A DNA stretch of 64,000 bases. Source: Microgenomates group bacterium RBG_16_45_19. Lineage in GTDB: Bacteria; Patescibacteriota; Microgenomatia; UBA1400; RBG-16-45-19. Position 1 is the stretch's first letter. Every line of letters starts with the position of its first letter. A program made the position numbers and the translations under genes. This document shows, one piece after another, positions 32,354-42,720 of the stretch. The stretch covers positions 21,869-85,868 of the forward strand of contig MHDC01000040.1 of assembly GCA_001803415.1 (NCBI GenBank), read 5' to 3'. The notes beneath the pieces were generated by a model. The model saw only the letters and a list, made by a program, of their open reading frames with translations. It was not told the origin of the DNA and searched no databases.

Positions 32354-34429
32354 ATGCCCCTCAAACTCAAAGCCCCCTTTTCTCCCCAGGGCGACCAACC
32401 TCAAGCCATCGACCAACTCAGCCGCTGGATCTTGAAAGGGCAGCCCCAGCAAACGCTGTTGGGGGTCACTGGCTCTGGCAAGACCTTTACTCTGGCTAAC
32501 GTCATTGCCAGGGTTCAACGGCAAACTTTGGTCATTTCCCATAACAAAACCTTAGCCGCTCAACTCTATCAAGAATTTAGAGACTTTTTTCCCGATAACG
32601 CCGTCTCTTATTTCGTCTCCTACTATGATTATTACCAACCGGAGTCTTACCTGCCGGCCACTGATACCTATATCGAAAAAGAGACTGACATTAACGATGA
32701 AATCGATAAATTACGCCTCTCAGCCACGGCCAATCTCCTCTCTCGACCTGACGTCATCGTCGTCGCCAGTGTTTCTTGTCTCTATAACTTAGGTTCACCT
32801 TTAAATTATAGTCAAAATTTTTTAGAATTAGTCCCTGGCCAGTTGATTGACCGCACCACCGTCGTCAACCGTTTAGTCGACATGCAATACCGCCGCTCCG
32901 ATTATGATTTAAAACGAGGTACCTTCCGTCAGTTAGGCGACCAATTAACCGTCTGGCCGGCCCATCAATCTCAGGCTTTAAAATTAACCTTCCTTGATGA
33001 TCAATTGGAAACGATTACTCCGATCGATCCCTTGACCGCCGCCCGCATTACCCCCGCTAGTCCCACTCCGGGCAACCTCCGCTTTGTCATTTTTCCGGCC
33101 AAACACTATCAGACTTCCGCCGCTGATCATCCGGCTGTATTCCGGCAAATTAGACAAGATTTGGCCGACCGCTTACGAGCTCTCAAAGCTCAAGGCCAAA
33201 CCCTCGCCGCCTACCGCTTAAGCCAACGGGTTAAGTATGACCTGGACATGATGGCCGAGTTGGGCTATGTCAATGGGATTGAAAACTATTCCCGTTACTT
33301 TGATGGTCGCCGCCCCGGTCAACCACCATCTACTCTTCTTGACTACTTTGCCCTCAACCAGAAACGCTTTTACTCCGTCGATGAACCTTACCTCACTCTT
33401 ATTGATGAATCACACATCACCCTGCCGCAAATCCGCAGTATGGCAGCCGGTGATCGTGCCCGGAAGCAGACCTTAATCGATTTCGGTTTTCGCTTGCCTT
33501 CGGCTCTGGACAACCGACCCTTAACTTATGCCGAATTCAGTCAACGCACCCCCCAGCTTATTTACGCCTCGGCTACTCCCGCCCCGGTGGAACTTAACCT
33601 GTCCCAGGGCTATATTGCCGAACAATTATTGCGCCCGACCGGTTTAATCGATCCCGACATTGAAGTTCGACCCTCGGCCGGTCAAATCGCCAATTTAGTC
33701 TCTGAAATCCTCCGCCAATGCTGCCGGGGCGAACGGGTGTTAGTGGCCACCTTAACCAAGCGCCAAGCCGAAGCCTTGGCTGAATATCTCAACCAGCCAG
33801 ATCATTTCCAGGATGCCACCCGATTACCCAAAGTCAATTATTTACACGCCGACATCGCTACCCTAGATCGGCAGGAAATCCTGGATGACCTGCGCCATGG
33901 CACTTACGATGTCATCGTTGGCATTAACCTCTTACGCGAAGGCCTCGATCTTCCCGAAGTTTCTCTAGTCGCCATTCTCGATGCCGATAAAGAGGGCTTT
34001 TTGCGCTCAACCACCTCTTTAATCCAAATGATGGGTCGGGCTGCCCGCCACCAACATGGTCACGTGATCATGTATGCCGATCACCAAACCGCCTCGATCT
34101 CCCAAGCCATTGCCGAAGTCAACCGCCGCCGCCGTTATCAGAAAGCCTATAATAAGAAACACCACCTCCAGCCTCGGGGTATCGCCAAACCCATTCGTCG
34201 CCGGCTTCTCAAACGACCGGTGGTCACTCCCACTCTCCCTCAAGAGTTACAGTCCTATGGTTGGACCAGCCTCAAGGACATCGAGCCGGACCAACTCACT
34301 CCCCAAGATCGCCGCCAGCTAACTAGTCGTTTTAAAAAACTGATGAATCAAGCTGCTCGCGACTGGCAGTTTGAACAGGCGGCTCGCTACCGGGATCTGA
34401 TCCACCAATTAACCCCAACCGCGACTTAA
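32354..34429 (+). CDS. uvrB: Excinuclease ABC subunit B
   Basis: GVTGSGKT, YYDYYQPE, DESH, GINLLREGLD and GRAAR. Confidence 0.97.
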   Translation: MPLKLKAPFSPQGDQPQAIDQLSRWILKGQPQQTLLGVTGSGKTFTLANVIARVQRQTLVISHNKTLAAQLYQEFRDFFPDNAVSYFVSYYDYYQPESYLPATDTYIEKETDINDEIDKLRLSATANLLSRPDVIVVASVSCLYNLGSPLNYSQNFLELVPGQLIDRTTVVNRLVDMQYRRSDYDLKRGTFRQLGDQLTVWPAHQSQALKLTFLDDQLETITPIDPLTAARITPASPTPGNLRFVIFPAKHYQTSAADHPAVFRQIRQDLADRLRALKAQGQTLAAYRLSQRVKYDLDMMAELGYVNGIENYSRYFDGRRPGQPPSTLLDYFALNQKRFYSVDEPYLTLIDESHITLPQIRSMAAGDRARKQTLIDFGFRLPSALDNRPLTYAEFSQRTPQLIYASATPAPVELNLSQGYIAEQLLRPTGLIDPDIEVRPSAGQIANLVSEILRQCCRGERVLVATLTKRQAEALAEYLNQPDHFQDATRLPKVNYLHADIATLDRQEILDDLRHGTYDVIVGINLLREGLDLPEVSLVAILDADKEGFLRSTTSLIQMMGRAARHQHGHVIMYADHQTASISQAIAEVNRRRRYQKAYNKKHHLQPRGIAKPIRRRLLKRPVVTPTLPQELQSYGWTSLKDIEPDQLTPQDRRQLTSRFKKLMNQAARDWQFEQAARYRDLIHQLTPTAT

Positions 34430-34432
34430 GCC

Positions 34433-34462
34433 TTGCCTATTCGCTTTTCCTTCGTGTATGAT
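34433..34462 (+). promoter_or_regulatory. uvrA promoter with candidate LexA box in the spacer
   Basis: TTGCCT, 18-bp spacer, TATGAT. CGCTTTTCCTTCG at 34442-34454. Confidence 0.5.
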
Positions 34463-34473
34463 TAAGGGTCCTT

Positions 34474-37400
34474 ATGTCCCCAACTTCTGTCAGTCCCTTA
34501 ACTCATCTCCTGATTCGGGGGGCTAAACAACATAACCTAAAAAACGTTAGCCTCAACTTACCCAAAAATCAGTTGGTGGTTTTTACCGGTTTGTCCGGAT
34601 CGGGTAAAAGTTCGTTGGCTTTCGATACAATTTATGCCGAGGGACAACGTCGTTACGTTGAAAGTTTATCCAGTTATGCCCGTCAATTCTTAGGTATTAT
34701 GCCTAAACCTGAAGTCGAGTCCATCGACGGTTTGGCTCCGGCCATTTCCATTGATCAAAAAACGACTTCGCATAATCCCCGGTCGACCGTTGGCACCATT
34801 ACCGAGATCTACGACTATCTCAGGTTGCTTTACGCTCGTATTGGCCAAGCTCACTGCCCCCGCTGCCTTAAGGCCTTAACCCCTCAAACCACCGACCAAA
34901 TTACCACCGCTATCACTCAGCTGATCGTTGCTTCAGCCACCACCGCCGTTCCCAGCCGCTGGCTAATTTTAAGCCCGGTTATCCGCGACCAACCCGGTGA
35001 CTTTAACCACTTGTTTACCAGTTTACACCGTCAAGGTTATCAACATTTGCGACTGGATGGTCGCCTCCATTCCCTGGACCAGGATCTCCTCTTGCTTAAA
35101 ACCAACCGCCATACTATTGAAGTCGTCCTTGATCGCCTGACTTATAGTCCCAAAGTTAAACCGGCCTCCGCCACCTTGACCGCCCGCTTAAGCCAAGTGG
35201 TTGAGTCGGCCTTAAGCTTATCTCAAGGCTATATTATCGCTGCTCAAGTCCACGACCCGGCTCTCACCTTCCCAGCGGATCCGCACCAATATACCGATCA
35301 CCTCTATAGCCAACTCTTAACCTGCCCCGATTGTCGTTTAGATTTTCCCGAACTCGAACCGGCCCTCTTTTCCTTTAATACGCCACAAGGAGCTTGCCCG
35401 ACTTGTCATGGTCTAGGTACTCTCTTAAAAATTGATCCGCAAAAATTAATTGCTCCGGAATTAACTTTGACTGAAGGTGCCTTGATCCCCCTGGCTAGGG
35501 CTCTCACTTCGGATTCTTGGTATGCCCGTAAATTACAGGTGGTGACCACCGCTTCTGACCAGGTTTCGACTAGTCCCTTCTTGGAGTTGCCTCAACCCTT
35601 GCGTCAGGAAATTCTTTATGGTTCCCGCCGTTGGTATCGGGTGTCCGGCTCCAGCCGCTCCGGCCGAAACTTAAGTTACACCTTCCAGTGGGAAGGAGTG
35701 GTTAACGAACTGGAGCGACGCTACCGGGAAACTAAATCCGACTTTATTCGGGCGGAAATTGGCCGGTTTATGACCAAACACACCTGTCCCACCTGTCAGG
35801 GTGCCCGGCTCAAACCCGAAAGCCTCCTGGTCACGATCAACCATTTAAATTTGCATCAGCTCACCAGTTTATCCTTAGCTGAAGCCTTGACCTTTTTTAA
35901 AACTCTTGATCACCAATTAACTTCCCCGACTGCCACCCAATTTACCCCCGCCCAAAAAGCCGTCAGTCTTAATGTCGCTCAAGCCATTTTAAAGCGCTGT
36001 CAATTTTTACTCGCCGTTGGTTTAGACTACTTAACTTTAAACCGGGAGGCGGCCAGTTTAGCCGGCGGTGAAGCCCAACGGATCCGCCTGGCTTCCCAAA
36101 TCGGCTCCGGTCTCACTGGCGTCCTTTATGTCATGGACGAACCCACCATCGGTCTCCACCCCCGCGACAATCACCGTTTGATTCAAACTCTCCTTAAGCT
36201 TCGTGATTTAGGCAATACCTTAATTGTCGTCGAACACGATCGGGAAATTATGAAGGCGGCTGATTATCTGGTGGACTTTGGCCCGAAAGCCGGCGATCAC
36301 GGTGGCCAGATTGTGGCTCAAGGCACTTTAAATGATCTAAAAGAGCAACCGCTCTCTCTTACCGGCCAATATCTCTCCCAACGTCGCCAAATCTCTCCGA
36401 GTCGTCTTAAAACCGCCGCTGCCCATCTCAAGCACCGTTTAACTTTACCTTTAATAGTCGCTCCTTCCCCGGCCGCCACTTTAACCTTAACCGGGGCAAC
36501 CCAAAATAACCTTAAACAATTAACCGTTGCCTTTCCCCTGGGTCAATTAATTGCCGTTTCTGGCGTCTCCGGTTCCGGTAAAAGTTCCCTGATTCACGAT
36601 ACCCTTTATCCAGCCTTAAAACAGGCATTGACCGCTACTCCTATTGAAACACCCAATTTCACCCATCTCGAAGGCTTCGAATCGATTACCAAAGTCGCTT
36701 TAATTGATCAAAGCCCGATTGGTCGGACCCCAAGGAGTAATCCGGTCACCTACACCAAAGCTTTTGACCATATTCGCCAACTCTTTACCCAAACCCGAAC
36801 CGCCCGCACCAAAGGCTTTAAAGCCGGTCGGTTTAGTTTTAATGTCAAGGGCGGTCGCTGCGAAGCTTGTCAGGGTGGGGGAGTCATTAAAATCACTATG
36901 CAATTTCTGCCTGACATTTATGTCACTTGCGATAGTTGTCACGGGCTACGATACAATCGGGACACTCTGGCCGTTTTGTACCGCGGTCTCTCCATTGCCG
37001 AGGTCCTCAATCTCTCCGTCGACCAAGCCTTAAACCATTTCTCCGCCCACCCTAAGTTAGTTCATATTCTTGCCACCCTTCAGGCGGTTGGCCTCGGTTA
37101 TCTTAAGCTGGGTCAAACCGCCCCTACCCTTTCCGGTGGCGAAGCTCAACGGGTCAAATTATCCCGTGAGCTCAGCCAGACCAGTGCCGGTCACACTGTT
37201 TATCTCCTGGACGAACCCACCACCGGTCTGCACTTTGAGGATGTCTTTAATTTAATGGTGATTCTCAAGGAGTTGGTCTCCGCCAATAATACCGTCATCA
37301 TCATTGAACATAACCTGGACGTTTTGGCCAACGCCGATTGGCTGATTGATTTAGGCCCGGAAGGTGGTGCTGGTGGTGGTCGGCTGATCGCGGCTGGTCC

Positions 37401-37476
37401 GCCGGCCGTGATTTCTAAGGATCCCCAATCTTACACCGGTCGCTTCTTACACCACCGACCTATACAAGACCCTTAA
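34474..37476 (+). CDS. uvrA: Excinuclease ABC subunit A
   Basis: Two ABC ATPase modules (GLSGSGKSS, GVSGSGKSS, LSGGEAQR) and Zn fingers. Confidence 0.98.
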   Translation: MSPTSVSPLTHLLIRGAKQHNLKNVSLNLPKNQLVVFTGLSGSGKSSLAFDTIYAEGQRRYVESLSSYARQFLGIMPKPEVESIDGLAPAISIDQKTTSHNPRSTVGTITEIYDYLRLLYARIGQAHCPRCLKALTPQTTDQITTAITQLIVASATTAVPSRWLILSPVIRDQPGDFNHLFTSLHRQGYQHLRLDGRLHSLDQDLLLLKTNRHTIEVVLDRLTYSPKVKPASATLTARLSQVVESALSLSQGYIIAAQVHDPALTFPADPHQYTDHLYSQLLTCPDCRLDFPELEPALFSFNTPQGACPTCHGLGTLLKIDPQKLIAPELTLTEGALIPLARALTSDSWYARKLQVVTTASDQVSTSPFLELPQPLRQEILYGSRRWYRVSGSSRSGRNLSYTFQWEGVVNELERRYRETKSDFIRAEIGRFMTKHTCPTCQGARLKPESLLVTINHLNLHQLTSLSLAEALTFFKTLDHQLTSPTATQFTPAQKAVSLNVAQAILKRCQFLLAVGLDYLTLNREAASLAGGEAQRIRLASQIGSGLTGVLYVMDEPTIGLHPRDNHRLIQTLLKLRDLGNTLIVVEHDREIMKAADYLVDFGPKAGDHGGQIVAQGTLNDLKEQPLSLTGQYLSQRRQISPSRLKTAAAHLKHRLTLPLIVAPSPAATLTLTGATQNNLKQLTVAFPLGQLIAVSGVSGSGKSSLIHDTLYPALKQALTATPIETPNFTHLEGFESITKVALIDQSPIGRTPRSNPVTYTKAFDHIRQLFTQTRTARTKGFKAGRFSFNVKGGRCEACQGGGVIKITMQFLPDIYVTCDSCHGLRYNRDTLAVLYRGLSIAEVLNLSVDQALNHFSAHPKLVHILATLQAVGLGYLKLGQTAPTLSGGEAQRVKLSRELSQTSAGHTVYLLDEPTTGLHFEDVFNLMVILKELVSANNTVIIIEHNLDVLANADWLIDLGPEGGAGGGRLIAAGPPAVISKDPQSYTGRFLHHRPIQDP

Positions 37477-37495
37477 GCTTTGATAAGTTAAGGAC

Positions 37496-39373
37496 ATGCT
37501 TCGTCTCATCTTGGTTGTTCCGGTTTTATTTACCTTTTGTCTATGGATCAGTCCTCAGTCAATTTTGGCCCAAACCGCTTTCCAAAGCCGGGTTAAAACT
37601 ACCTATACCGTTGACTTAACTGGTCTGACTCAAGTTCATCAAATTTATACCATCACCAATCTCACCGCTTCGGCCTATGCCGCCCACTATTCTCTGGATA
37701 TTGCTTCCCCCACCGTTAACCGCCCAGAGGCTTATTCCCTAAGCGGCGAGGCCATTGTCATCGAAGCCCTGAACCAACCGTCCGGCACCAGCCTTACCCT
37801 CACCTTCCCGGAAAAAACTGTCGGCAAAGGTAAAGAATTGACCTTTAGCTTAACCTATTTCGATCCCTCTTTGTCTCAAAAAATTGGTTCCGCTTTACAT
37901 CTGACTCTGCCCGGTTTTACCCCGGACTCGGCCGTCCAAGTCGACACCACTACCCTCATGATCCCCTTAGAATTCGGGGCTCCCGTCAGCCTCAGCCCTG
38001 ATCCGGATCAAGTCCAAAGTGACCCGGCCTATACCAAATTAATTTATTTTTCTACCGACCGGCTGGCGGCTGGACTCAAGGCTCTTTTTGGCGACAAACA
38101 AACCTACCAGGTTGCTTTAAATTATCAGCTCATCAATGCCACCATTACCCCAGTCGATACCCAAATCACCCTGCCGCCGGATACCCCTAACCAACGGGTT
38201 TATCTGGAACATTTAACTCCAGACCCGGTCGCCCTCCACGCCGATGCCGACGGTAACTGGTTAGCTACTTATCACTTAGACCCCAGAGCCGAACTATTGG
38301 TCGATTATCTCAGCACCGTCGTTATCTACGGCTCGGTCCAACCTGACCCTCACCCCCGACCGGCTGGCCAGGCTTATCTGGCCTCCGACCGCTTCTGGCC
38401 AGTCGATGATCCTAAACTGCTTGAGTTGGCTAATCACTTACAGACTCCGACCGCCATCTACCAATACTTGGTCACTCAACCTCAGGCTGCCGACTCAAAC
38501 TTAGCCAAACTCGTCAAACGCTCCGGGTCGGCTCCGGTTTCCGCCCAAAGCGATCTTACTTCCCTGGACTATGCCGACGCTTTTATCACTCTGGCTCGGG
38601 CGGCCGGCATCCCTGCCCGGCTGCATCGCGGTTACGGCATCTTGACTCAGCCACTGACCCCATCTCAAGCCGGCCTTGGTCCGGCTTTCCATGCTTGGGC
38701 TGATTATTATGATCAGGTCACCGCCCAGTGGCGTCCGGTTGACCCTACCTGGGGTCAGACCGCCGCTGCCGCCTACTTTAATCAATTAGATCTAAATCAC
38801 CTCACTTTAAGACTTCATGGCGTCAATCCTGAACCGTCTTACCTCAATCAGATTCCTGGACCGGATCCAGCTTTAACGGACATTAACGTTTCCGTCACCG
38901 AGCGCTACCCCCCCAAGACCACTCACTTAACCACCGCGGTCACCCTGCCGTTAACTACTCGCCTCGGCTTAACTCATTGGCTGACTTTGACCTTGGTTAA
39001 TGCCTCCAATTACACTTTATATGACATTCCTTTAACCGTCTCGGTCTCGAACCGGGACTTAGTTCACCCACCCTCTCAGACTTTACCCGCGCTCATTCCT
39101 TCTCAAACCGCCAACCTTAAGTTACAATTCAAACCCAGCTGGCCTCAACCAACATCAATCATCATGGTCAACGCTTATGGCCAAACCGACACCCACCTTC
39201 TCCACTACTATACCCGCTATGTCAGCTCCGGCCTTCTCCTGGGAGGCGCCGTTATCCTGGCCGGTCTCGCCTTCAGCCTTGCCCGACCGGCCTGGCGTTT
39301 ATTGTTTCCTCGATCATCACCGCCGTCCACTCTACCTCGGCAAAGCCAAAAACCTCCGTCAACGTCTCAGTAA
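37496..39373 (+). CDS. Secreted, membrane-anchored transglutaminase-like protein
   Basis: Signal peptide, LARAAGIPAR...HAW...VDPTWG core and a C-terminal TM helix. Confidence 0.85.
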   Translation: MLRLILVVPVLFTFCLWISPQSILAQTAFQSRVKTTYTVDLTGLTQVHQIYTITNLTASAYAAHYSLDIASPTVNRPEAYSLSGEAIVIEALNQPSGTSLTLTFPEKTVGKGKELTFSLTYFDPSLSQKIGSALHLTLPGFTPDSAVQVDTTTLMIPLEFGAPVSLSPDPDQVQSDPAYTKLIYFSTDRLAAGLKALFGDKQTYQVALNYQLINATITPVDTQITLPPDTPNQRVYLEHLTPDPVALHADADGNWLATYHLDPRAELLVDYLSTVVIYGSVQPDPHPRPAGQAYLASDRFWPVDDPKLLELANHLQTPTAIYQYLVTQPQAADSNLAKLVKRSGSAPVSAQSDLTSLDYADAFITLARAAGIPARLHRGYGILTQPLTPSQAGLGPAFHAWADYYDQVTAQWRPVDPTWGQTAAAAYFNQLDLNHLTLRLHGVNPEPSYLNQIPGPDPALTDINVSVTERYPPKTTHLTTAVTLPLTTRLGLTHWLTLTLVNASNYTLYDIPLTVSVSNRDLVHPPSQTLPALIPSQTANLKLQFKPSWPQPTSIIMVNAYGQTDTHLLHYYTRYVSSGLLLGGAVILAGLAFSLARPAWRLLFPRSSPPSTLPRQSQKPPSTSQ

Positions 39374-40529
39374 TTATCGGGTGCTTCCCGGGCTACTTTC
39401 CAAAACCAGGGCCATGCTCACTCAAGCCACCAGTTTGCGCTTGCTTTGTCTTTCGTCCGAATTAGCCGCCTTACTGGTTGAAGCCCAGTTAGTCAAGCAC
39501 TACCAACCACCCTACAACCAACAACTCAAAGATGATAAATCACCCCTCTACCTCTGTGTCACGGCCGAAACTTACCCTCGGTTGTTAACTTTACGCCGCC
39601 CTCAGCTACCGCTTTATCCCAACAGTCAGCTTTTTGGTCCGTTTTTGTCCGCCACCGAATTAAAACGCCTTCTCACTCAAGCTCGAGCGGTTTTTCCCTA
39701 TTGCCAGCTTAGCCCCCGGCAAAAACAATTAAACCGCCCCTGTTTTTATACCCACCTCAACTTATGCCCCGGTGCTTGTTGTGGCCGGATTACGCCAGCC
39801 GCCTATGGCCGCCTGATCCGGCAACTCTTAAATTTTCTTCAGGGTAACCCGTCCCAGACTCAACGTTACTTGACTCGGGCACTTCATCACGCTATCAAGT
39901 CATTAGACTTTGAAACCGCCCAAACCTTAAAAAAACGCCTCGAACGTCTCCTTTCCTTTGAAACCTCCTGGCACTTGTCCCGGGTTACCTCTCTGCCGGT
40001 TTTCGATCGGGAACTTAGTCGTCATCAACTGCAAAACATACCCCCCCTGCTCCACCAAGCCGGTTTAACCATTAGCCTTAAACAACTTGAGCGCTTGGAA
40101 ATGTATGACGTCGCCCACCTGCAGGGTCAAGCCGCTACCGGTGCCATGGTGGTGGCTCTTTCCGGCCAGTTATCTCCTCAAGCCTACCGTCACTTTACCC
40201 TTAAAGGTCCGGTCACTCAAAACGATCCTTTAATGCTGTCAGAAATTTTGCAGCGACGCTTTCGTCACCATGATTGGCCAACTCCAGGTTTAGTCATCGT
40301 CGATGGTGGTCATCATCAGCTGACCGCCGTCGCCCCCCTGCTGCCGCCTGGCGTGGCTCTGATCGGCTTAGCCAAACACCCTGATCATTTAGTCGTTCTT
40401 AAGCCCACCGGCAGCCGTCGTCTGACTTTAATTCCGGGTACCCCCGCCGCTAATCTGCTCCTTACCCTCCGTGATGAAGCCCACCGCTTCGCCCGCCGGC
40501 TCCACCACCACCACACCCGCCTGGTCTAA
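39219..40529 (+). CDS. uvrC: Excinuclease ABC subunit C (no C-terminal HhH domain)
   Basis: GIY-YIG (PGVY...YLGKAKNLRQR), Cys cluster, UVR domain, and RNaseH-like EMYD, VDGG, LRDEAHRF. Start is 39219 or 39177. Confidence 0.9.
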   Translation: MSAPAFSWEAPLSWPVSPSALPDRPGVYCFLDHHRRPLYLGKAKNLRQRLSNYRVLPGLLSKTRAMLTQATSLRLLCLSSELAALLVEAQLVKHYQPPYNQQLKDDKSPLYLCVTAETYPRLLTLRRPQLPLYPNSQLFGPFLSATELKRLLTQARAVFPYCQLSPRQKQLNRPCFYTHLNLCPGACCGRITPAAYGRLIRQLLNFLQGNPSQTQRYLTRALHHAIKSLDFETAQTLKKRLERLLSFETSWHLSRVTSLPVFDRELSRHQLQNIPPLLHQAGLTISLKQLERLEMYDVAHLQGQAATGAMVVALSGQLSPQAYRHFTLKGPVTQNDPLMLSEILQRRFRHHDWPTPGLVIVDGGHHQLTAVAPLLPPGVALIGLAKHPDHLVVLKPTGSRRLTLIPGTPAANLLLTLRDEAHRFARRLHHHHTRLV

Positions 40530-40582
40530 AGTCCCACTATGCCTATATAAATTTAAAAATTCTCACCAGAGGGTAATCAAGC

Positions 40583-42433
40583 TTAAATCATTTTGAGGTA
40601 CTCATCTTGAATCAGGTCGTCATAGAACAGATGTAATTTTGTTAAGGCACTTCTTTTGCGTTGGTCTAATTGATTGCCAGTCCACCTATATTTTCTCTTG
40701 AGCTCAGCATCCAATTGGGTAATTTCTACTCCCCTAAGTAAACCTATATTGATAAACTTCATTATCTCCCGTTCCTCAGGTGTCAGTGTCGCTAACGATT
40801 CGTACCAAGCTACTTGCTGACCCCCTCCAAGAGCTAATTGTCTATTGGCCGCTTCCAGCGCCATTTGCAGCTCTCGAATCTGATTTTCATAGTCGTGTGG
40901 TGCTCGCGGAATGTTATAAGTATGGTCTTCTCTTTCGGACGGAGGTTGGATTGACCTTAACTTTGTGGGTAAATTGTTTTCTTCTTCAATCTCTTCAGGA
41001 TGGGCTTCTTCATTAGGTATTTGAAAGACGTCGTCTCTGCCCGCCTCCTCCTCAACGGTCTTAATTGGAGCTAAATCATCCAAATACGAAGTCAATAGTT
41101 CAGCCTCATTTAACCCGCCTTCTGAAGCAACTTCATCGATTACTAAAGATGGCTTTGGTTGATAGCTCATCTTTCCCTTAACATAGACAACTTTACCTCC
41201 TAAAATTCCCGACAATATGTCGAGGTCGCAGGGATTGCTTATCAATAGATCAATTAATTCACTATTCCCCTCAATTATTGCTAAAGCTTGGGAAACAACC
41301 CTCACCTGATCAGTATTTAAATTATGCTTTTTGATAATCGAGACCATAAGTTGCTGTAATCGAAAATTATTGGGCAATTCTTCAACCATGGCAAAAAACT
41401 TAACTGGGTTAAATACCCCGTCGCCAATGTGACCTCCACCCTGAGAAGTACGGACTTGCCCGATAATTTCAGAAAAGGAATTTTCCGCGCACCGAATTTG
41501 TTGATAAAGCGACCCCACATCACTGTTCCACAGCATAGCTTTCTGTTTTGCCCATTGGATGGTTGCTTGGGATGTCTCTGGAGTTAGACCTAAGTTTTTA
41601 CCCGGTTGTTTGGTTGAAGATGAAGTAACGGCTAAATTTAAGATTTGTGACAACTGCAATCCTTGTTGACTCCATGGAGATACCTGGTATGAACGGAACA
41701 TGAAAGTAATCATGCGCGGGAATTTAACCGCCTTTGCCGACCGGGCAGCCGCTCGAACACGTTCATCAAATAATTCTTCATCAGTCATCCCAAAAGCTAA
41801 TCTGGCTTCGATAAATTGCGCGCCGATTTGCCGCAGCGCATCGGTTCGGTGATAGCCGTCCACAATATCAAAGACAATAAGCCCACCAACATTACGTGGT
41901 CGAACCCAAATATTTACCTATTGTCCTGTAGACAGTTGATCCTTCAGAATATCCCGGTGATCTTCATCCACAATGCTGTCTTCAGAAACAATGTCTTTTA
42001 TCGGAATATCCCTGACTGAATGATCAATCAGGGCACCTTTTTGGCCCAGAAACAGTAATTGCCAATCTGTGGCCGTATTTAAATCAAAGTTTTGATTATC
42101 ATGAATTACCACCACGTTTGCAGTCGTTTGGCCACACAGCTTGAGGGCAAAAACAATAGCTGGTTTTTGTAGCAACTCTAAATGTAGAGCTTGGCTGTCG
42201 TCATTAACTTCCTTGACGACCAGCGCATGAGGAACAAATATACCGTTATTAATTGTTTGTGCCAGCTGCTTAATCATGGCCTGGTCATATTCCTTGGGGA
42301 ATCTTTGTTTAAGCTGCTGCGTCATTAACAGACAATCGATCGGCACCTTTTCAACTGTCAAACTGAGCCCTTCCCGCTCTGAAAGGTACTCTGACACGCT
42401 CTCGTTTTGTTCAAGCTCTAACATAATCACCAT
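40583..42433 (-). pseudogene. Tandem ParB/Srx-like domains plus C-terminal sigma70 region 4-like HTH, interrupted by one in-frame TAG (41918-41920)
   Basis: The 171-aa and 426-aa track ORFs share a frame. The joined reading ...QLSTGQ*VNIWVRPRNVGGLIVFDIVDGYHRTDAL forms one ParB-like domain. Confidence 0.7.
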
Positions 42434-42720
42434 TCAGGCAAGCATGGGTAAAATAAGCATATATCGTAATATATGAATCAAATCAGAACAATCAGTAACT
42501 TAACCATACTAGATATTATCACAACACTATCTGGAGAGAGTTATTGGAAAAAAGCAAGAAAGTTCGTGTTAGCGTTGAATAGGGTATCAGTTAGAATACG
42601 AGCCTGTCTGGAAATAGTTGCTTTGTGGTTTGATCTAATCCCGAGGTGAATTGATCACAGTCCTCCCGGGGTGAAAAGCAAAATTTGGACGGAACATTAG
42701 AGACCCGTTATACTAAACTG

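Noticed and set aside
40499..40520. His-rich C-termini (UvrC, PyrG and others) as metal-binding tags
   Set aside because: More simply explained by the C/A-rich strand bias.
41918..41920. Genome-wide TAG or TGA recoding
   Set aside because: TAG ends beta2 (54980) and the HolA-like gene at expected positions, and TGA ends gatA, gatB and eno normally.
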